Assembly (NCBI GenBank): GCA_034111325.1
Contig: JAWUXM010000048.1
Location: forward strand, 1 to 47,416
Direction of reading: 5' to 3'
Length of the DNA stretch: 47,416 bases
Origin: Rickettsiales bacterium
Lineage (GTDB): Bacteria > Pseudomonadota > Alphaproteobacteria > Rickettsiales > JABIRX01
The translations under genes and the position numbers were made by a program. This document shows positions 41,589 through 47,416 of this stretch, piece by piece. The notes under the pieces were generated by a model. That model had not been told where the DNA came from and searched no databases. It saw only the letters and a program-made list of their open reading frames with translations. Each line of letters starts with the position of its first letter. The first letter of the stretch is position 1.

Positions 41589-42179
41589 TCAAAAAGGGTG
41601 GCGGGAGGTAAAAGCCGCATTCATAGTCCCATCATCAATATAACCAAGCTCACTACCTAACGGCAAGCCATGCGCTAATTTTGAAATTATCAATTTAAAC
41701 TCTTCTAGTGCTTGCGTTAAATAAAAAGCCGTGGTTTGCCCATCAACCGTTGCATTTGTTGCAATGATCACTTCTTTTATCTCCCCCGCTTTTACACGCT
41801 CAAGTAATTTTGCAATATTCAAATCATCCGGGCCTTTATTATCCATTGCTGATAATGTTCCGCCAAGAATGTGATATTTACCACGAAACACATTACTTTT
41901 TTCAATCGCCCAGAGATCCTCAACATCTTCAACCACGCATAAGATTGAATCATCACGTTTATTATCTTGGCAAATATTGCATAAATCCTCATGGCTAAAA
42001 TTACCACAAACATCGCAATTACGCACTTGCTGCGCTGTTGTTAAAAGGGAATTTGCAAAAAGCTTCATCAAGCTATCTTTATTTTTAAGAAGATGCAGGG
42101 CAATACGCACTGCAGAGCGCTGCCCGACACCAGGCAAGCGAGTTAGCAAATCAATTAATTTATCTATCTCTGAGCGCAT
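41589..42179 (-). CDS. recR: Recombination mediator RecR
   Basis: LPGVG.RSA, C4 zinc finger, CVVE, IIATNATVDG toprim. Confidence 0.97.
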   Translation of the reverse strand: MRSEIDKLIDLLTRLPGVGQRSAVRIALHLLKNKDSLMKLFANSLLTTAQQVRNCDVCGNFSHEDLCNICQDNKRDDSILCVVEDVEDLWAIEKSNVFRGKYHILGGTLSAMDNKGPDDLNIAKLLERVKAGEIKEVIIATNATVDGQTTAFYLTQALEEFKLIISKLAHGLPLGSELGYIDDGTMNAAFTSRHPF

Positions 42180-42503
42180 TTATTTTAACCATGCTGGCAA
42201 GTCAGCAGCTCCTGCCAAGCCAGAAAAGCTACTACTACTTTCTTCATCATGATTTTGCTTAGCTTGATTATGGGCAGCCATTACAAGATCTGATATAATC
42301 TGAATTTCATCTGCATCGCCAACTTTTGTTATCAGCGAGGGATCAATAAAGATATTTAGGATTTTACCCTTACCGTTAATTTTTACCTTTACCATGCCGC
42401 CGCCAGAAGAACCTTCGAATTCCTTTGTTTCAAATTCTTTTTGCACTTTTTCCATATCCGTTTTCATACGACCGGCTTGCTCCATAATTGCTTTAATATC
42501 CAT
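42180..42503 (-). CDS. ybaB: YbaB/EbfC nucleoid-associated protein
   Basis: GSSGGGMVKV, DLVMAAHNQA; adjacent to recR. Confidence 0.95.
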   Translation of the reverse strand: MDIKAIMEQAGRMKTDMEKVQKEFETKEFEGSSGGGMVKVKINGKGKILNIFIDPSLITKVGDADEIQIISDLVMAAHNQAKQNHDEESSSSFSGLAGAADLPAWLK

Positions 42504-42558
42504 TTTTACCTCTTAAATTTAATTCTTTTGCATCCTTCCGCCTTTGAAGGGAATAAAA

Positions 42559-42604
42559 TAACCAACCCTCACCCCTGCCCTCCCTTTTAGAAAGGGCGAG
42601 GGAG
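42559..42604. repeat. REP-like element family D
   Basis: Second copy of the 41358 element. Confidence 0.75.
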
Positions 42605-42612
42605 GTATGTTT

Positions 42613-43689
42613 TTACCTGCCTTCAAAATTGATTCGTGGGTCAACAACGTGATAAAAAATATCACCGATTAAGTTAAAAACAAGACCTATAAAACTATAT
42701 AAATATAAGGTTGCAAAAATAACTGGATAGTCTCGATTAATCGCCGCTTCAAAACCCAAAAGTCCTAAACCATCTAACGAAAAAATAATCTCGATTAGCA
42801 ATGCACCAGTAAATAATATACTAATTAACATTGCAGGAAATGCTGCAATCACCAGCAACATAGCATTACGAAAAATATGACCATAGAGGATTTTATTTTC
42901 AGATAAGCCTTTTGCGCGCGCAGTAATCACATATTGCTTACCTAGCTCTTCCATAAAACAATTTTTAGTAAGCATGGTGAGGCTTGCAAAGCCACTAACT
43001 ACCATCGCTAAAAGCGGTAAAAATAAATGGTAAAAATAATCAGCTATTTTAGCAAAAAAACCAAGCTCCGAGAAATTATCAGACACTAAACCTGATAAGG
43101 GAAAAAACGGCATATAACCACCTTGCGCAAAAAGAATAATCAATAAAATGGCGAAAAGGAAACTTGGGATAGAATAGCCCGTAAAAATTACCATACTCGT
43201 CCAGAAATCGAACTTGCTACCATCGCGTACCGCCTTTCTAATCCCTAATGGAATAGCAATTAAGTACGTTATAAGACTTGTCCACAAACCTAAAGAAATT
43301 GATACTGGCAGCTTCTCAAACATCAACTCCGTAACTTTGCGTCCTTTGAAAAAACTTTCGCCAAAATCAAACAATACGTAGCTTTTTAACATTAGGAAAA
43401 AGCGTGTGTGTAAAGGCTTATCAAAACCATATTGCTTTTTGATTTCGGCAATAATTTCAGGATCCAACCCTTTACCACCAATTTGCGTATCACTTTTTTG
43501 CGTGTTAAGATTCTCCTGCAAATTACCACTTAGACTACTCATAAATGAGCCATCACGCCCTTTCATTTTCGCGACCACCTGTTCAATTGGCCCACCTGGA
43601 ACAGCCTGAATGATGACAAAATTTAAAGCCATTATACCAAATAAGGTTGGAATAATTAGCAATAACCTTTTGAGAATGTAAGAAAGCAT
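42613..43689 (-). CDS. yejB: Peptide ABC transporter permease, YejB type
   Basis: YILKRLLLIIPTLFGI, PGGPIEQ, YGFDKP, TARAKGL, DPRINF. Confidence 0.9.
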   Translation of the reverse strand: MLSYILKRLLLIIPTLFGIMALNFVIIQAVPGGPIEQVVAKMKGRDGSFMSSLSGNLQENLNTQKSDTQIGGKGLDPEIIAEIKKQYGFDKPLHTRFFLMLKSYVLFDFGESFFKGRKVTELMFEKLPVSISLGLWTSLITYLIAIPLGIRKAVRDGSKFDFWTSMVIFTGYSIPSFLFAILLIILFAQGGYMPFFPLSGLVSDNFSELGFFAKIADYFYHLFLPLLAMVVSGFASLTMLTKNCFMEELGKQYVITARAKGLSENKILYGHIFRNAMLLVIAAFPAMLISILFTGALLIEIIFSLDGLGLLGFEAAINRDYPVIFATLYLYSFIGLVFNLIGDIFYHVVDPRINFEGR

Positions 43690-43698
43690 TTTACCCCT

Positions 43699-44712
43699 TT
43701 ATTGCCAAAGCTCTTTTTCGAGCAAATGATTGATAAGTTTTATAGAATCATCACTATCATTTAAGCATGGCACGAGTGAGAAATTCTCGCCACCTAATTT
43801 AAAAAATAGCTCCCTATATTCCATATCAACTTCCTCTAATGTTTCGATACAATCAGCAGCAAAACCGGGAGTTATCACAATAAGATTCTTAACGCCTTTA
43901 TTTACTAATTCTTGCAACACATCAGCAGTATAAGGCCTCAGCCATTCTTTTGGGCCAAACCTTGATTGAAAGCTTATATGGTTTTCTAATTTAATTTTTT
44001 GCTTAGATAATTCTTCATTAAATAAACGGTTAGTTTTCTGACAAAAACATGAATAAGGATCGCCATTATCAAAATATTTCTGTGGAATACCGTGATATGA
44101 AGAAAGGATTGCATCAGGCTTAAAACCTAACTTTTTAATGTGACCTTTAACACTATTAACCAATGATTTTATATATAATGGATGATCACAATATTGACCG
44201 GCTATACGGACATTTGGCTGCCACCTTACCTTCCCTAACACTCGATAAATCTCATCACAAACCGTAGCCGTAGTGGCGGCGCAATATTGTGGATATAAAG
44301 GCAGAAAAACTATCCTATCACAGCCTTGCTCTAACAAAGTTGCGATTTGACTTTCAATAGAAGGATTCCCATAACGCATAGCATAATCTACGATAAAGTT
44401 ATCATGTTTTTTACTAGCAAGCTTCGCTAATTTCTTCGCTTGTAATTGAGTATAATATTTCAATGGCGATAGATTAACATCCTTCAACCATATTGATTTG
44501 TACTTCTTTCCAGTAGCAATTGGGCGCAAGGGTAATATAAGAAAATTAAGGATGATTTGCCAGATTAGCGCAGGGACTTCGATAACTCTTTTATCACTAA
44601 GAAATTCTTTCAGATATTTCCTGACGGAAAAATAATCATAACCATCTGGTGTGCCTAGGTTGATTATTAAAACGCCGATTTTTTTATGAATTTTAGGATG
44701 GTTCGCACTCAT
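43699..44712 (-). CDS. hemH: Ferrochelatase (start 44712, TAATG overlap with the upstream gene)
   Basis: NLGTPD, AMRYGNP, PLYPQY, SYHGIP, FQSRFG, DCIETLEE. Confidence 0.97.
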   Translation of the reverse strand: MSANHPKIHKKIGVLIINLGTPDGYDYFSVRKYLKEFLSDKRVIEVPALIWQIILNFLILPLRPIATGKKYKSIWLKDVNLSPLKYYTQLQAKKLAKLASKKHDNFIVDYAMRYGNPSIESQIATLLEQGCDRIVFLPLYPQYCAATTATVCDEIYRVLGKVRWQPNVRIAGQYCDHPLYIKSLVNSVKGHIKKLGFKPDAILSSYHGIPQKYFDNGDPYSCFCQKTNRLFNEELSKQKIKLENHISFQSRFGPKEWLRPYTADVLQELVNKGVKNLIVITPGFAADCIETLEEVDMEYRELFFKLGGENFSLVPCLNDSDDSIKLINHLLEKELWQ

Positions 44713-45680
44713 TAGTCGCATTCAAGATTAGTGATTTTATCATCAAGTTTTTCAACAATAAAATTAACTTTTAATTTTCGATAAAGCCGGCGCGCATCGT
44801 AATAATTATCACATGCTTTCTCATTGTTATTTTGCCGCTCATAAATCAGCCCAAGATTAAATAATTGCGCTGCAATACCTTCCTTCCGACCAAGATCTTT
44901 GTTCATTTGCAACGCATCACGATAATATTTCTCAGCAATATCAATATGACCAACTTGTTGATAAGCAATTCCCAAATTACCAGTAGCAGCAACAATTGCT
45001 TCACGGTTTGAATTTTGCGTTCCAAGTGACAATACACGATTATACGCATTTATTGCCTCCTCAATCTGCCCGCTATTACGATAAATATGCCCCAAATCAT
45101 TCCATAGCATGACATTCTTAGGGTCAACTTCTGTAGCTTTATGTAAAAGCTCCAAAGCTTCTGTCGGGTTAGTAACGTAGCGCAATGCTGCGATGTTCAG
45201 ATATAGCTTTGCTATTTCTTCTTTCTCGCGTGCTTTTTCTAGATGGCTCATAAAAACTTCTTCCGCCACCTGCGGGTTTTTAATTTTCAGACGTACAAAC
45301 GCCTCAACAATTTTTATCCGCTCATCAACAGTAATATCCTTTACTTTTTGAAATTCCATGAGGCTTCTCACCGCACGCTTTAGATTATTTACAACTTCAA
45401 CCTCATTACCATATTGCACACGATAAGCTTTCACTACTGATTCAACAAAAACGCTATCTTCATCAGGAAAAGTTTCATTTAAATACGGTACGTTAATATT
45501 ATAAACAAAATCATAAGCTTGGTTATATGATGGAACCTTATCAGCTATATATTTCACAAGGCCACCTAATTGCATAAAAAGCGGAATCAACACAGCCACA
45601 ATCGTAATTTTAAGATTATGCTTCGCCATAAAACGCGCAAATTTATCTAAAGGTGTTTCTGGCTTTTCCGTATGCTGCAT
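44712..45680 (-). CDS. Membrane-anchored TPR repeat protein
   Basis: N-terminal TM; WNDLG, TGNLG, LFNLG TPR repeats. Confidence 0.88.
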   Translation of the reverse strand: MQHTEKPETPLDKFARFMAKHNLKITIVAVLIPLFMQLGGLVKYIADKVPSYNQAYDFVYNINVPYLNETFPDEDSVFVESVVKAYRVQYGNEVEVVNNLKRAVRSLMEFQKVKDITVDERIKIVEAFVRLKIKNPQVAEEVFMSHLEKAREKEEIAKLYLNIAALRYVTNPTEALELLHKATEVDPKNVMLWNDLGHIYRNSGQIEEAINAYNRVLSLGTQNSNREAIVAATGNLGIAYQQVGHIDIAEKYYRDALQMNKDLGRKEGIAAQLFNLGLIYERQNNNEKACDNYYDARRLYRKLKVNFIVEKLDDKITNLECD

Positions 45681-45682
45681 CT

Positions 45683-46582
45683 TTACTTCTCTAGTTTCGC
45701 TTTAATAATTGCTTCCATCTCATCCATATCAGCATTACAATGTAACAATATATCGCACCCAGATTTATATGCCTTCTCAGCTCTTGTAGTGAAATTACCC
45801 CGCAACGCTTTCATCGATAAATCATCTGTCATTATGAGACCTTTGAAACCTATAGTGTTTTTTATGTAATCAATAGCTTTTTTTGAGAATGTAACTGGAT
45901 TATTTTTATCAAGTGCCGTAAATACTATATGTGCAGTCATAGCTATAGGGTAGCCTACAAGCTCCTTGAAAACTGCAAAATCACTCTCTTGCAGATCTGC
46001 TAAAGAATCATGAATAATCGGTAATGATTCGTGCGAATCAACTACTGCCCTACCATGCCCTGGGATATGCTTAATAATTGGTTTGACCCCATACTTCAAT
46101 AATGTATCAGCTGCCACCTTTGCTAAAATCGCTACCTGCTTAGGATTATCTGCAAATGCCCGATTGCCAATAATCTTATCCGCCCCTTCAATAAATAAAT
46201 CACAAACTGGCGCGCAATTAGTATTGATCCCTAAATCCCTTAAACGTGTGGCTATGATTTTATAGTTTTTTGCGGTTTCTTTTTTTGCTTGAGCAATATT
46301 ACCATGAGCATGCTCTAAAAAACTGCCAACTGCTGGAGTTTGATTATATAGGCTACGTAATCTCGAAACTCGCCCCCCCTCCTCATCGATTAGAATCATC
46401 GGATCATAATTTTCATGCAAATTCTTAAGTGCCTGAATTAAGTTTTGAATTTGCACTGCCGAATCGCAATTACGATGAAGCAAGATGAAGCCCATCGGCT
46501 TGTTTTCCTTAAAGAAAGCTTCCTCTTCTTTGGTTAGCTCTGTAGAACGAAGTCCAAAAATAATCGGTTTCATAAATATCAA
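45683..46582 (-). CDS. nagZ: Beta-N-acetylhexosaminidase (GH3)
   Basis: IDEEGGRVSR, KHIPGHG...DSH, MTAH, TDDLSM. Confidence 0.95.
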   Translation of the reverse strand: MIFMKPIIFGLRSTELTKEEEAFFKENKPMGFILLHRNCDSAVQIQNLIQALKNLHENYDPMILIDEEGGRVSRLRSLYNQTPAVGSFLEHAHGNIAQAKKETAKNYKIIATRLRDLGINTNCAPVCDLFIEGADKIIGNRAFADNPKQVAILAKVAADTLLKYGVKPIIKHIPGHGRAVVDSHESLPIIHDSLADLQESDFAVFKELVGYPIAMTAHIVFTALDKNNPVTFSKKAIDYIKNTIGFKGLIMTDDLSMKALRGNFTTRAEKAYKSGCDILLHCNADMDEMEAIIKAKLEK

Positions 46583-46588
46583 TATTAG

Positions 46589-47266
46589 CTAAAATGCTGC
46601 ACTAGTATAAAAACAATCTAGTTTTTCATTGCGTAAATCTCGACAAAAACGTTTTGCTATTTTTTTACTATTAAAGCTTCCTGCTTTTAACTTATACAAA
46701 AAACCAACATCACGTACATTCTCACGCGCAATATAATATTGCACATTTTTCATAATGGACGGATATGCGCTTTGTAATTTTACCCAGTGATTAAGCGCTG
46801 CTTGTTTTGAACGAAAAGCCCCTAATTGCACCATGTTTTTTCTGCCTTTTGCTTTGCGTTTTGGGACATATTTATGGGACTTAGTAATTTTAATATTTGT
46901 GTCTTTAAATTTTATGGTTGAACCAGCCTGAGCAACTGGCTTTCTTGGCACAACTATCCTTTCATATTCACGCTTATTTTTACGCGATAGTGCAATTTTT
47001 TCATCTATAATTTGCGCTTTATGTTTGGTAAGATCTGGCTCATCACCATTAATAAAGTCATATATGTTTTTACTATTAAGATATGTAGTCTCGCTTTTTT
47101 TATCAGGAAAAATACGCGTATTTTCCTTTTCTGCATAGACCATCTCAGGCTTTATTGCAGATACCGTTTTATAAAAATATTGGCGCGCATTACTAACCAC
47201 CTGCCAGATAATAACCAACCCAACTAGTAACAATGCTAAATTAATGAATCGTGTTTTTGTAATCAT
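46589..47266 (-). CDS. SPOR domain protein
   Basis: N-terminal TM; VQLGAFRS...YKLKAG...C..L....C; upstream of nagZ as usual in alphaproteobacteria. Confidence 0.9.
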   Translation of the reverse strand: MITKTRFINLALLLVGLVIIWQVVSNARQYFYKTVSAIKPEMVYAEKENTRIFPDKKSETTYLNSKNIYDFINGDEPDLTKHKAQIIDEKIALSRKNKREYERIVVPRKPVAQAGSTIKFKDTNIKITKSHKYVPKRKAKGRKNMVQLGAFRSKQAALNHWVKLQSAYPSIMKNVQYYIARENVRDVGFLYKLKAGSFNSKKIAKRFCRDLRNEKLDCFYTSAAF

Positions 47267-47386
47267 GAATATTAAAACCTTCCTTTCCCCTTATGATTAA
47301 GAACTTCTCCATCTAAAGCAAGGAGAAATAATTAGTAGGTCGTTATATAGGAGATTTTGGGAATAGTTTCATAAACCCATTGAGTG

Positions 47387-47416
47387 AAAATCTGTGGGGT
47401 TTTGTGATGATTTTTT
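47387..47416. repeat. Start of another family A repeat (cut by window edge)
   Basis: AAAATCTGTGGGGTTTTGTGATGATTTTTT matches the left end at 6277. Confidence 0.7.

Overview
AT-rich alphaproteobacterial chromosome segment. It is most likely Rickettsiales-related, inferred from a stand-alone 16S rRNA gene with Rickettsiales-like motifs, but it is metabolically rich (gdhA, class II DAHP synthase, pheA, purB, thiD). It carries housekeeping genes (coq9-like, atpH-A-G, RlmD-like methyltransferase, tRNA-Ser, groES-groEL, purB, ffh, polA, rpmE, thiD, glmM, recR, ybaB, yejB, hemH, nagZ, SPOR), a DinJ/YafQ-type toxin-antitoxin pair and an IS256 remnant. A ~10 kb accessory block holds MscS plus a membrane NTPase partner, ZntB, a Crp/Fnr regulator, an SDR, a P-type ATPase and a ceramidase-like protein. 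Intergenic DNA is crowded with at least four families of palindromic elements. Most notable: (1) the 16S 3' tail reads CCUCUUA instead of CCUCCUUA, and several native genes carry the matching (T)AAGAGG(T) ribosome-binding site; (2) a translationally coupled pair of MscS and a periplasmic/TM/P-loop/winged-helix protein; (3) a 1.2 kb mini-island at the tRNA-Ser 3' end with serine-integrase-like att geometry, plus a duplicated tRNA 5' end upstream; (4) long hairpin repeats with compensatory stem changes that mostly sit immediately after stop codons. All calls are by eye, with no database searches.
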